64,000 bases of DNA, from NCBI GenBank assembly GCA_977862235.1, contig OZ374562.1, positions 1,984,001 through 2,048,000 of the forward strand, written 5' to 3'. Position 1 is the stretch's first letter, and each line of letters begins with the position of its first letter. A program made the translations under genes and the position numbers. The notes below the pieces were generated by a model that was given only the letters and a program-made list of their open reading frames with translations, had not been told where the DNA came from and searched no databases. Below are positions 1 through 10,192 of the stretch, in pieces. The DNA is from Dudresnaya verticillata (taxonomy: Eukaryota).

Positions 1-400
1 CCGAATGGTGAGCAGGCGTTCCTGGTGGTTGGGGAGCAGGAGCGCTGTGGGATAGCGGTGGTGACGGTGTAACGGGGCAGGCCAGCGCCCCATTAAGGAA
101 GAGCACCATTCTGTGGTAAGTGTCGAGGCGGCTGCGGAGGGAAATATCGGATGCTGCATCATACTGCACAGCGACAGATAGCTGGCAAGCGGCAAGGCCT
201 GTAAGATGTGTTGCGCGTGTCAAGAAACTGGGGAGGCGGGGGATATGGCATGGTGGCGAAGCGATACAATGCGTCTCCGCTGTAGGACCTGCAGCCGGAG
301 TGCCATTGGCAGAATCCGGAAAAGTGCTCTCAACGTGTGAAGACGTGAGGTGGGCATGCAGGCAGATCGCTGAGCGATGACAATGCGAGAGAACTCCCCG

Positions 401-1885
401 TCAGGACTGTCCAAGACCTTCAGCAATTCTGAATTGTAGCTGACAAAGGAGCATCCATGTTCGTAGACTGATCTGTCGAAGGTGTGGTAAATGAATTTGA
501 AAGACTGTGCTGGCATGGTGTGGGAGACGAATCCAAGTGATACGAGGGATCGCAAAACCTTTTTGGCTGAGACAATGCGTCACAGGATGGTTGAGACATG
601 GGTCCCCGAGCATGAGATGTCGACCCTGAGGTAGGGAGTCATCCTCTTGCACAGCAATTCTTGTTGACAAAGACGGAACTGTGAAGATGTTGGGCGACCG
701 CAATGTCGCGGCTCCAGGAGGACGGAGCACTTGGTGAGCGCCCATGTCATTCCGTACTCTAGGACCCAGTCTTTGCAGACGTGTAGGGCTTGGAGGAGGG
801 CATTTGGTGAGTCGGCATGGATGAGGCAATCGTCCGCAAACAGTCGAACAGGAGAACGGGTGTCAGGTCTTCCAAGTGTGTCGCAGAGCGAGTAGGCAAG
901 GGCTTCGACGTAATGATTGAATAGTATCGGGCTAAGGGGCGATCCTTGGATGACCCCGCGGCGAATTTGAGCTGTTGAGTTTGTTGCATCGCCCGCGATG
1001 CGCACTGTCAAAGCGTCAAGTTTGGATCTGATTATGGCAACAAGATGTGGCAACAAGATGTGGCGACAGCCAATCAGCACAGAGCTGGAGTAGTTTGTTT
1101 TGGTCAGCCCGATCGTAAGCACTCTTGAGGTCCAACACAGCGATATAATCGTCTCATGTTGCACTGGCGGCGGCAGTGAGTGCGACGGCCATGTCCGGGC
1201 GAAGGCGTCGTTGGAAACCGAACTGCATTCGGTGGGGTTGGAAGACGGATTCCACCTCATACGCCATTGCTCTTTCGATGACCGTTCTCGCACGGGATAG
1301 AATACATAGCGGTCGGTAGCATGCTGCATGCGATGGATTGCCGGATTTGTACACCGGTACAAGGAGTCCATCTTGCTACTGTCGTGGAAAAACTCCAAGC
1401 TTTCCACATCATCGCCATACTGCGAAGAGTAGGTTTTCTGCAAGGTCGGGACAGAGTTTAAACATTTCGACTTGCGTGCGGTCAGGTCCGTTGGCTTTTC
1501 CTACATCCATGGCAGGTATAGTAAGAGATATGGAGGGCTTTAACGATGGGGGTACATAGAATTCTACCGGGGTCGGGGCTGGGGGCGTGTCGGTTGGGGA
1601 ATTCATGTGCCGAGTAAACCCAGCAGTGGCGAGGATGGAACCGGATGCATTGAGCATGAGTGTGCGCCTCTTCCTTTTTCGTTGCTGTACCCGGATTTCT
1701 TTGGCCAGCTCAGACTGTGGGCGGTTTAGAAGCTCCAATTCATATCGATCTTTCTGTTTCTTCTTGATGGCTCGAACTAGAAAATGGATGGCGCGTTGTG
1801 ACGAACTGTACTCGATTTCGGCAGTGGTGCGTGCTGTTGCAATGGTTCCGTCCAACTGCGTGTGAAATTTGGATGTCCATAGCAT
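401..1885 (-). pseudogene. Frameshifted non-LTR reverse transcriptase
   Basis: KANGPD (KAPGPD-like), YKSGNPSHAACYRPLCIL, QFGFQ, RRGVIQGSPLSPILFN and RLFADD are spread over ORFs 1409-1885, 1154-1354 and 580-1443. Confidence 0.88.
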
Positions 1886-3652
1886 TATGCTGCCCGGGGG
1901 GTGAAGGCGTTGTCAGTCGGCATGTCTCAGCACTTGAGGTGCCATGCGGCGGTTGGGGGACTCCACTTCAAGGGGGACAGGATGTTGTGGGCCAGAGGGA
2001 GTTCGTTGCGATAAGCAGCGGGGAGCCGGCAGGGGAGTGGATGCCTCGACGCACGAGGCCGTCGCGGTACTGGGCGTCTACCAGTGGAAGGTGTGCACCA
2101 TACGGGCCTGGATAGCACGGCGGTGGAGGCCAAGGGCCAGGTGGGTCCCTTCTTTGGAGATGCGCGCTTGTAGGCGGTCACCAACAGAGGGGTAGGCGAT
2201 TGCGAGTGTACGGACTTGTTTCTGGTACCACAACGCAGTTGGTAGGTGGGGGGAGGCTTTCCATTTCTCCACCACCTTGTTGCGACATGAAGGACAGGGT
2301 CTTCCGGAGTCAACGTAGGGTGGGTATCCGCGGTCGGGACGAGCGGGTTGAAGTCCATGGAGACAGGGCGTATGCACTTCGTGAGGCGGGAAAGTAATAC
2401 TTGGCAGGACCCTTCCTCGAACACTACCTCGACGATTTAGGGGGGTTTTGTGGTGTGATAAGATACGTTCCGGAGCGCACGGTGGTTACCACTGGCGATA
2501 TCGTGGAGTAGGCAATTGTAGAGGTCGCTGACTCTATCCCATTTGTCTCAATAGAAGTAGGCCACAGTGAGTGCGCTTTTCAGCTCCCAGATGTTGTCGC
2601 GCGGAGTCGAGTCGGATGGATACAAAACATGCAGGTCATTCATGGTCTTGGGGGGCGCCGGGCTCGGTGCGTCAGCACAGACAGCGTCTCGGAACGATAT
2701 TGGCTTTCCATGGGATGCAGCGCGGTCTGTGGTAGGCGTTAGGGAGGCACGATTAGCTGGCGCCTTGGCGGTGGAGGTTATAGTGGGATTGATTGGTGCC
2801 CAGGTTGCTCTGGGCATGATTCTCGGGCGTTCGGGGGATGTATTACCTCTTGCTATGTGCCGCCGGGGCAGTTCTGTGGCACCTGGCGGGATGAAAGAAG
2901 GGCGGCGAGTGATTCAGTTTGTTCCTTGGCTAGCTGGGCAGCGTATGCTCTCGCGGCCTGGGCCGTGTCGGCAATTTTATGCGATAGTCGGTCGGAGACA
3001 CCAGTCAGCTTAGTGCGGAAGGTGGCTGCGTTGTCACCAATTCGGCGTGAGAGAGTCTCCTTCCTTGTTTCAAAGCTTTTCTCAAGGGCGAACATCTGCT
3101 CTCGTTGTGCACACAGTTCACCACGTGTTTCCTGGAAGAATGCGTCTTGGCGTAGAATGGACATCTCCAGAGCAGCAGGGGCTGTCTCTGTCGCTCGAGC
3201 ACGCAGGTCGTGACGAGGCGTGGATAGGGGCTTGGCGAGTAGTTTCGGCATGGTACGGGCAGCGTGTCGGGGAGCGTCACCGGTACGGAGGGCGCGAAGC
3301 AGCGCTGAGTTGTAGAGAACCGTCTGACAGGAGTAATAGAAGAAGGCAATATAGGTAGTGTTGAGGCGCTTGAGAGCGACCGGGCGTGGTTTCGGGCAGC
3401 GGGGGCAAAGGCAGAAAGCGGTGGTTGCAGGGTTGAGCAGGTCTGAGTTGTGCTGCGCGGCGAGGTCTACGGAACCGAGGTGTGCGGCGGCGCGACGGTC
3501 TTGGGCTTGTGGAGGAATGGGTGGGGTACCGTCGGCGGTGGAGGAGGCTCGGGCGGCTTGGTCAGTTCCAAATTTCTTGGGCTGTTTTCTGACGCTTACC
3601 GACGTGCATTTCGCGTCTGGTCGCTTGGTTGTTGGGAGATTTTCTTTGCGAC

Positions 3653-4461
3653 TGTGGCATAGACGTCAGGTCGAACTGACGTCTAGCGCTGCTGGTCTCG
3701 TCGTCGCACCCAGACTCGTCGACGGGTAGTAGCGGTAGGTGGTAGAGAGGTATTGTCGGCCGCTCGCGCCGTCGACGGTCGCGGATCAACGGTGTCGAAA
3801 CCTGAGCGCGCACGGAGCGGACCGTAGCGGGCGGATCCCTGCGTCCCCGTCGTGGGGCGGCACGAAGCCGACGGGAGGGAAAGGAAGAGGAAACCCTAGG
3901 CGGCTAGGGGAGCGAAATACTGGGAAAGAAGCCCAAAGCAGAAAGGGGCAAGCCTGGCGTAGGCTGGCTTGCCTTTGTTTACTCAGCCCAGAGGGGCGAC
4001 TACTAAATAGAGTACAGGGCCTGCGGCGGCACCAATCCGGGAGGTACACCGGCGCGCCCCGGCACGCGTCGACGCGTACGGGTAACGGTAACCCGGGGGC
4101 GCGCGTGGGCTAAACGGTCCAAACGTACGCACCGGCTCGACGCCGGAGTATGCGCGCGTGTGTCGCGCACTCAACGGCTCTACGCCGCAGTGCGTGCGCA
4201 CGGCGCGTGGAATAGCAGGGCGTTCGACCGCCGCCTACACTATACCTACTGTACACTACACAAAAATAAACGTACAAATTACACGGGAGTGTCAGTGTCA
4301 GACGCGTACACACATAGGCGCGGGCGCCACAGCGCACTTCCTTACAGTCAGAGGGGCCTCGACGCCACCGGCTGACAGCGTGCGCACAGCGGTGCACACG
4401 TGGCGCAGCTGGTCTCACAGCTACACGGGTGTGGCACAGCCGGTCTTACAGCTATGCCACA
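3653..4461 (-). mobile_element. Solo LTR 'C' (809 bp) with 5-bp TSD GCGAC
   Basis: Perfect 10-bp terminal inverted repeats TGTGGCATAG...CTATGCCACA. GCGAC lies at 3648-3652 and 4462-4466. Orientation is inferred from a minus-strand TATA-like/CTGAGTAAAC motif near 3977-4012. Confidence 0.9.
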
Positions 4462-4699
4462 GCGACCTGGGGTTTCGACGTTGCGTCATAGTGGGGTGAT
4501 CTCTGGCCCGGCAGGCCGGGCGGCGCGGTGCACATGACGCGGGCTAACTTGACTCCTTGTTGGAGATGATTTCCCATTGCGGGAATGGCAACCAATTGCC
4601 GCGAGAGCTGATGTCAGTATTCTTGGGGGCTTCGGGTGGTGGGGGTGGAACTGATTGAAATAATGTGCGCGAGAACCTCAATCTGTTAAGACACTTTCC

Positions 4700-4802
4700 C
4701 AGTAACATGCTCGCGCGCCAACGGCGGTTGGGGTTTTCCGTCGGTGGACGCCTTATAGCACAAGCTCAGAGCGAAAAATGCAAGCCACTCCCTTGCATGA
4801 CA
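4700..4802 (-). mobile_element. 5' tip of split solo LTR B' (the rest lies before the window; complete in unit 2)
   Basis: The reverse complement TGTCATGCAAGGGAG...CCGCCGTTGGCGCGCGAGCATG is homologous to the start of LTR B at 29993. It is followed by TSD AGAAG at 4803-4807. Confidence 0.8.
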
Positions 4803-5296
4803 AGAAGTTGGTGGCCTTGCGTTTGTCGCTTTCTTTTGTCTGTGTTTCTCGAAGGTCCGCTGACCCCGCTCAGAACGCGGAAACTCGCGCTTGTTGTCAA
4901 GCACCTGAATATGGCCGAGTGACTCGATATGGTCGAGCCGCGGTATCGGCTCGTTGCACGGAATGCACACAATGAGTATACGATAGAGCAGGTACCCAGC
5001 ACCGGTGGTACAGGGGGAGGAACCCAGAGGTTGGACGAATGGCCGTAACCTAAATGGAAGCACGACACTGCAGGTAGTTCACTGGGCGGGCCGTTATCCG
5101 GGAACGCGTCGCGAATGCGCGGCGGTGCCGATAGATTCTGTATGCAGCTGGGGCCGGAAGGTGCTACCTTTACTGTACAGTGCCCGCCCCGGGAGATAAC
5201 CTTATAAGGTACCCCGAGGGTCGGGTATGTATACAGGGTAAACCCCTCACACTAGGCTATTGACGTGCCTCCTTCCTAAGCTCTTATTTGTTGCAG

Positions 5297-5636
5297 GCAT
5301 TATAATGCCACGGTATTGGTATTGGTTGAACGGGAATGTATGCGATCGAAAGGTCGCATACGAATCGTTATTCGCCCGCGGGGCCTAGGAAGGGTCGAGA
5401 CGGTTCGACGGCTGTCTGTTTTGCAAGTCAGAGGCTGAGAGATCAGATAGGGAGGGAGCACGAAAGGGATAAGGGCCACGGAAGGGAGGCTATAAAATCA
5501 ACAGGCATGAATTAAACTGTGTGTTTTGTTTGCCGATTGATCACGGACGCGTGGGATTCTCCAGAGTGCATAGGTCCGCGCGGTGCTTGGAACCTACCAG
5601 AGAAACCACTGTGGGAGTCTTACGTGAACTACGTGC
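5297..5636 (+). repeat. Diverged copy of the 3' region of decayed gypsy D (17721-18092)
   Basis: Shared blocks in the same order: TAGGAAGGGTCGAG, GAGGGAGCAC, TGTGTTTTGT, GGAACCTACC. Confidence 0.75.
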
Positions 5637-6379
5637 GCCTGTAGTGCGCTCACGGAAGTATTGGCGATACTACAAGGGTGAAATAAGCGCGAATGTTTGA
5701 CTGCAACAGGTGATCGAGAAATTGAGGAGCCCTTTTAGGACAGGGTATTTGTAAGGCTCGTGCTTTTGTTAAACAAGGAACAGTGAATACGCGCTCAGGG
5801 AGGAACACGAGTACCTCCTATATGCCCGAAACAGGTTATAATGGTGCTCAAGGTGAAAAGACGTGAAGTGTAGCTGGTACTGTTGTATTGGAGAGTATTG
5901 AAGCCGTCGAGGAGTTGCAAATCGGGCTTCACGGAACATATTGACATCGCGGAAGCTGATCGTGAGAGAGAAGCCGCACATCGATCTTCAGGGAAAGAGA
6001 AGAAGTGGAGAAATGGAAACCCGCAGTGGTCCAATTACACTATCAGAACCACGTCTGTATCATCCTCGAGAAGTTGATCTGCAGTTCAGAGGAGAGAACG
6101 AAGCTGATACGTCGTCAACTAAGTATCAACGGTGGAAAGAGGAAAGAAGCACCCCAGTTTCAGTGGTTCCCTTAGGCACACAAGGACAAAGAGAATTTTT
6201 ATCAGAGTTTAAGTGCTAAATGTTCTTGCAACGTTCAGGACGGGGCATATTGAAGTGTCTGTGTCAAATGGTGGTCCGTAGGCGGAACGGCGATTCCATC
6301 CAGAACATATCCAAGCTTACTGAGACAGGACCATAGAACATGGCCCGAATGCATTAGGCCACCCATCGCTTAGGAGGGT

Positions 6380-6643
6380 ATGAATCAAGCCGCATGGGAC
6401 TACTATTTGTACTCTGCTCATGTCGCGTTAAAGATTTATGAGATAATTCTGGAGAAGTCTAGATGGAGAAGGATTGGAGATGGATCCTTCTTCATTGCAA
6501 AGCGCACTTGGGAAAGGTTGCTACAGAACTTTCCAGTCACTGAGGAGACGAATCTGAGTCTTTTACTCAATTATTTCGAAGCGAATGCTGAACGAGTGTT
6601 TGGAGAGGCTCAGCAGCTAGCCTGGAGGCTACTTCCACTGAAA
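6380..6643 (+). pseudogene. Probable gag remnant of decayed Ty3/gypsy D (left part, interrupted by the YR element)
   Basis: Protein-like FFIAKRTWERLLQN...LSLLLNYFEANAERVF. It joins MEQHLCNDIHQSVLRD (11173+) when 6644-11162 is removed, and it lies upstream of the PR/RT remnants. Confidence 0.45.
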
Positions 6644-6816
6644 AGGAAATGATTACTTTATTCGTAAAGTAGCAATCATCGAAACAAATGACTAACCCGT
6701 AAAAGCCTGAGGGCCTGCAGAATAGAAGCATAGAAGGTGTAAAGAGTTCAGGAATGGTAGAGATGTAGACTAACGAAGGAAGAGACTTGATGTGAATGAG
6801 CAGGGAGGGAGGGAGG

Positions 6817-7139
6817 GAGAACGAAGGAAAGAACTTGCCGAGAGAGCGATGGATGCGTTCGGCTACGGTATTATATAGGCCGGGGAGAACTATTGTCTGC
6901 GACAGACGGTATAGTTTTCGCATCCACACGACAGGAATGCAAGTCAGAATTGCCCGAAGAGGCTACAGTGCAGTAACTGTTTTCGGTAGCAATTCACTGA
7001 TGCCGATTGCGGAGCCTGTAGACGAATTTGTAGACGCCGCTGTCGGCACTCACAGCTCTGACTTGGGGACGTTCGGCACGCTCGCTACCCTTGGCATGAC
7101 TTTTCAACTGTGTAAAGCGATTGGGACACAAACTGAAAT
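6817..7139 (-). repeat. Direct repeat A2 (323 bp) of the YR retrotransposon
   Basis: GAGAACGAAGG...AACTGAAAT matches 10841-11163 except one mismatch seen (gaactt vs gcactt). Confidence 0.95.
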
Positions 7140-7178
7140 CCAAAACCGTAGCAGAGCAGGCTTCTGCTCAGTCGAAGA

Positions 7179-9020
7179 TTACTGAGGGGGAGGAAACGAA
7201 GAGGATGAAGGTCCGCGAAGTGACCAGAAATAAATATTCATTTCCGTAGACAGGTGGGGCCGGGAGTCGAAGTACACATTGATGACCATATTGCTGCTTC
7301 GCCATCCCCCACGACTGGTAATAACTGGAAGAGGAACACGAAGGAGGACTTGAGCAGTAACGCTCCCACTTCGAAGGCTGTGTGAGGTATACGTCGCATA
7401 TGGAGGTGGGATGATCTGCAATGCAGCCAAACATGCTGACAGAGCTTCACTGACGACTTGGGGGCGGATGACAGGCCCGGGGCGGGCCCAATACAGTTCA
7501 TCAGGAGCTAATGAGCTTCGTCGTCGCTCGAAAAATCGATGCTGGAGGGCAAGGGGGTTCCGAGACGTGAAAGCCGGTGGACTGTGTCTACAGGTCAGTG
7601 AGCATGCACCAACGCCTCGTAATAGTCTTCCTTTCAGCGAACGGGGACGGGCATAGAGGGTTACTGTGTCAACAGTAGAATCGATGTTGACATCTTGAAC
7701 ATGAACCGTTCGAACGGTGTTTTCCCTCCACGTCATGAGATACTGAAATTCCACCAACGCCGCCTGGTGCTCCATGACAGAACCAGGGGGGGCTTGAAGG
7801 CCCAATTGCCGAATACGAAATACAATTTGGCCTGGTAGAGCAGCACGAACATCCGATAGCTCGCCACGTTGGTCGTCCTGAGACCTAAAGGCCCGGAGAA
7901 GGTCTACATGCGGATTATCACGCAATGGGTCCGGGAGCCCTTGTCGCTGATGGGTAGTGCGGATTACTGAAATATAGTGGTCCACCGAACGCCCGTGAAT
8001 ACGATCCTCCTCAAACAAAAAGCCAACATACGCCAGAACTGTCCCCACCTCAGCTGGAAGTTCCCGGTGTCCATTTCGTTCACAGAAACGTTGGAACTTC
8101 CTCCATTGACTGGTCGTGGTGCGGTCAGTAGATGGAGCAATACAGTGCCTGGCTAATGTGACTGCAGCTCTTCCTGCTGCAGTTGAAGGGACAAGAGTGG
8201 CGATTCTTCTTTGCAGAGCTTGGGCCGTGGTCTCCCTACTTCGGCCAATAGCAGACCCCAGGCTGGGTTGGCGCGTTCGGAAGTGAATAGCTGCTGCCCG
8301 GGCTTGGGGCTGATTACTAAACTGCTGAGCAAGAGCCGACTCAGTAAGCAGAACCAGGGAGCCCCTGTCCAGTTGGGAACCACGATTACGCCGTGAGCGC
8401 CCTCCGTCTTGATTTTGAGTAGTGTGGCTGTGATCCAAGGTGGAGGTGGATTCCATAATCGGCTCTTCCCATCGCCCCAGTGTTCGTGAAACTGAGCGAG
8501 AATAACTTTGCGACGCGCGATCGGCGCTTCCCCAAGAGGCCAGAACCGCCGCACGACTTGTAATTGGAGCGAGTTCGCGACTGACTGCATCAATGATGGC
8601 GTTGCGCGGAGGTCTCTGGGGTTCCAGGTGCGACTCAACGTGTCTGCGTGGCGGTTGAGAGCTGACGGGAGCCATTCGGCTCGAATCGTTACCTTCATTT
8701 GGACTAGAACATGGTGTAGCAGCCGGAGTTCGTCCATCAGCTCCTTCTTCGCGGAAACCATATTCGAGACTATATGGAAAACGGCCATGTTGTCTATGTG
8801 CAGGAGTAGTATCGAACGATCTCCAGTAAGACGGGACTGTATCCATGAGTCTTGCAGCGCCATACGAACGGCTACTAGCTCCCTGAGGGTGATCGATTTT
8901 AGCCGGAGGAATGGCGACCAGATACCTTGTACTGATATTTCGCCCGGAGAACCGGCCTGCATGTCTTGACCCAAGGTTGCGCCGTAGCCGACATCTGCAG
9001 CATCGGTGTGCAGACACCAC
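7179..9020 (-). CDS. Tyrosine recombinase (YR); recognisable domain in the C-terminal ~330 aa, true start uncertain
   Basis: Core-binding-like WRKFQRFCE...VLAYVGFL...SVDHYISVI. Catalytic R (TWRENT), K (SLKG), HxxR (YTSHSLRSG), W (RGGW) and Y (NVYF) are all present. Confidence 0.9.
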   Translation of the reverse strand: MVSAHRCCRCRLRRNLGSRHAGRFSGRNISTRYLVAIPPAKIDHPQGASSRSYGAARLMDTVPSYWRSFDTTPAHRQHGRFPYSLEYGFREEGADGRTPAATPCSSPNEGNDSSRMAPVSSQPPRRHVESHLEPQRPPRNAIIDAVSRELAPITSRAAVLASWGSADRASQSYSRSVSRTLGRWEEPIMESTSTLDHSHTTQNQDGGRSRRNRGSQLDRGSLVLLTESALAQQFSNQPQARAAAIHFRTRQPSLGSAIGRSRETTAQALQRRIATLVPSTAAGRAAVTLARHCIAPSTDRTTTSQWRKFQRFCERNGHRELPAEVGTVLAYVGFLFEEDRIHGRSVDHYISVIRTTHQRQGLPDPLRDNPHVDLLRAFRSQDDQRGELSDVRAALPGQIVFRIRQLGLQAPPGSVMEHQAALVEFQYLMTWRENTVRTVHVQDVNIDSTVDTVTLYARPRSLKGRLLRGVGACSLTCRHSPPAFTSRNPLALQHRFFERRRSSLAPDELYWARPGPVIRPQVVSEALSACLAALQIIPPPYATYTSHSLRSGSVTAQVLLRVPLPVITSRGGWRSSNMVINVYFDSRPHLSTEMNIYFWSLRGPSSSSFPPPQ

Positions 9021-10192
9021 GACGGCTGACCTCCTCCTATCAACCGACCATCCCCTGCCAACATGGTGGACCAGGACTGTAGGTCGCGGACGCTATCATG
9101 ATTGAGCTTCACTGTGTACTCCGGATAGCGGCCTCGTCGTCTCGAGTCTTCTCTTAAGGAGTCGTACAAACTGCGTGTGAAGAAGCGTGCCAATGGTACA
9201 GGAATAAGTTGGGATACCGCCTTGCCACAGAAGCTTGCCAGCAAGCTCTCCCGGACCCATCGTCGTCTTTGTCGAGACGTCTTTAGAAGTAGTCCAGTCA
9301 TTTCTTGAATTTGTTGGAGCCTTGAGGGAGATATGAAATATCTGAAGGCCACAGTGTCTATAACAAGACCCAGATGTTCCATTCGTGTAGCCCCGCTTCC
9401 CCGTACGCCTTTGGAAGGATGCCGTATCATTCCCAAAATCTGAAAAAGACAGTCTAGCCGAGCGGACATAGACTCGCAGTCCAACCCTGTACTTGGTCTT
9501 CTGCTGTCTCCGGGAGCTAGTAGATAGTTGTCGAGCCAAACTAACACGCGAAGTCCTAGTTCCTTGCGCATAAACCGGGTAAGGGGGCTCAAAAGCTTGA
9601 CAAACCAGTACGGAGAAGCAGTCCAGCCGAATGGAAGTGCGATACAGCGATAATATAAACCATCGTAGCGAAAAAGGAACCAATCCCACATCCGAGGGTG
9701 GAGTGCGAAATGTCTGTAGCCGGAAGACCAGTCGAAGGACAGTAGATGGTCTCCGGGACAAAGACAGGCACCAAACGCAGACAAAGTTTCCATTCGAACA
9801 GACTTCTTGTCCCAGTGCTTGCTCTGCTCCTTGAGGTTGATGGTGAACCGCGGTTTTTCGCGCTGCCAAGTAACGAACGAACTTGAAATTAGAGCACCTT
9901 GGTCTACTTTCTGATGTGCGTACTCGGAACTCACCTGTTGGTAAGTCCCAATACCACAACCCTCCTGAAGCTCCTTCCTGCCAAAAGAGAGATCTTCTGG
10001 ACTCTGAGGGATTTCGGGAAGTTCCCGTCCTGTGGTGAACGGGCGCTGCGGAGGATCCCACACTCCGAAAGTCAGAGTGCGGATGACGAAGGCGGACGCG
10101 TAGATTTTCTCCCAATTCTGCGCTCTTCGCCGGGTGCCGGCCCACCGAGCTTGGCGCCAGGGGCCAGGCATGGGGTTCTGCCCGGAAGGCAT
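8153..10192 (-). CDS. DIRS-type reverse transcriptase/RNase H with a C-terminal methyltransferase-like remnant (RT YxDD reads WLDN)
   Basis: RT: KPRFTINLK, SFDWSSGYRH, LPFGWTASP, WLDN. RNase H: TDAA, LRELVA, IDN, NRHADTLSR. MT-like tail: WNPPPPWI...KIKTEGAHGVIVVPNWTGAPWF. Confidence 0.92.
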   Translation of the reverse strand: MPSGQNPMPGPWRQARWAGTRRRAQNWEKIYASAFVIRTLTFGVWDPPQRPFTTGRELPEIPQSPEDLSFGRKELQEGCGIGTYQQVSSEYAHQKVDQGALISSSFVTWQREKPRFTINLKEQSKHWDKKSVRMETLSAFGACLCPGDHLLSFDWSSGYRHFALHPRMWDWFLFRYDGLYYRCIALPFGWTASPYWFVKLLSPLTRFMRKELGLRVLVWLDNYLLAPGDSRRPSTGLDCESMSARLDCLFQILGMIRHPSKGVRGSGATRMEHLGLVIDTVAFRYFISPSRLQQIQEMTGLLLKTSRQRRRWVRESLLASFCGKAVSQLIPVPLARFFTRSLYDSLREDSRRRGRYPEYTVKLNHDSVRDLQSWSTMLAGDGRLIGGGQPSWCLHTDAADVGYGATLGQDMQAGSPGEISVQGIWSPFLRLKSITLRELVAVRMALQDSWIQSRLTGDRSILLLHIDNMAVFHIVSNMVSAKKELMDELRLLHHVLVQMKVTIRAEWLPSALNRHADTLSRTWNPRDLRATPSLMQSVANSLQLQVVRRFWPLGEAPIARRKVILAQFHEHWGDGKSRLWNPPPPWITATLLKIKTEGAHGVIVVPNWTGAPWFCLLSRLLLSSLVISPKPGQQLFTSERANPAWGLLLAEVGRPRPKLCKEESPLLSLQLQQEELQSH

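Larger units (their letters stand above)
1..4699 (-). mobile_element. Degenerate non-LTR retrotransposon (LINE-like), 3' end cut off by the window; interrupted by a solo LTR
   Basis: Non-LTR RT motifs lie in frameshifted pieces. The 5' end abuts the putative TSD CAGTAACATG at 4700-4709 (see full copy 33651-38691). Confidence 0.8.

Noticed and set aside
3660..3685. Hairpin TAGACGTCAG-gtcgaa-CTGACGTCTA as a terminator or ncRNA
   Set aside because: The 10-bp stem is real but lies at the end of solo LTR C. There is no evidence for an independent RNA.
4325..4461. CRISPR-like or satellite array (CACAGC / GGTCTYACAGCT repeats)
   Set aside because: These are short irregular LTR-internal repeats with no constant repeat-spacer period and no cas genes.
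6796..7185. 129-aa and 126-aa plus-strand ORFs over the A repeats (also 10793-11173)
   Set aside because: They recur only because the repeat is duplicated, and they show no protein-like features.
6690..7205. PAT-type B1/B2 repeats around A2
   Set aside because: Only short purine-rich resemblances (GGAGG, ACGAAG) are present, with no colinear match.
7179..10192. Prokaryotic retron, DGR or phage integrase system (RT plus tyrosine recombinase)
   Set aside because: The RT has DIRS-type RNase H and MT-like domains, and the context is eukaryotic LTR and Harbinger elements. The 323-bp repeats show no adenine-specific TR/VR variation.
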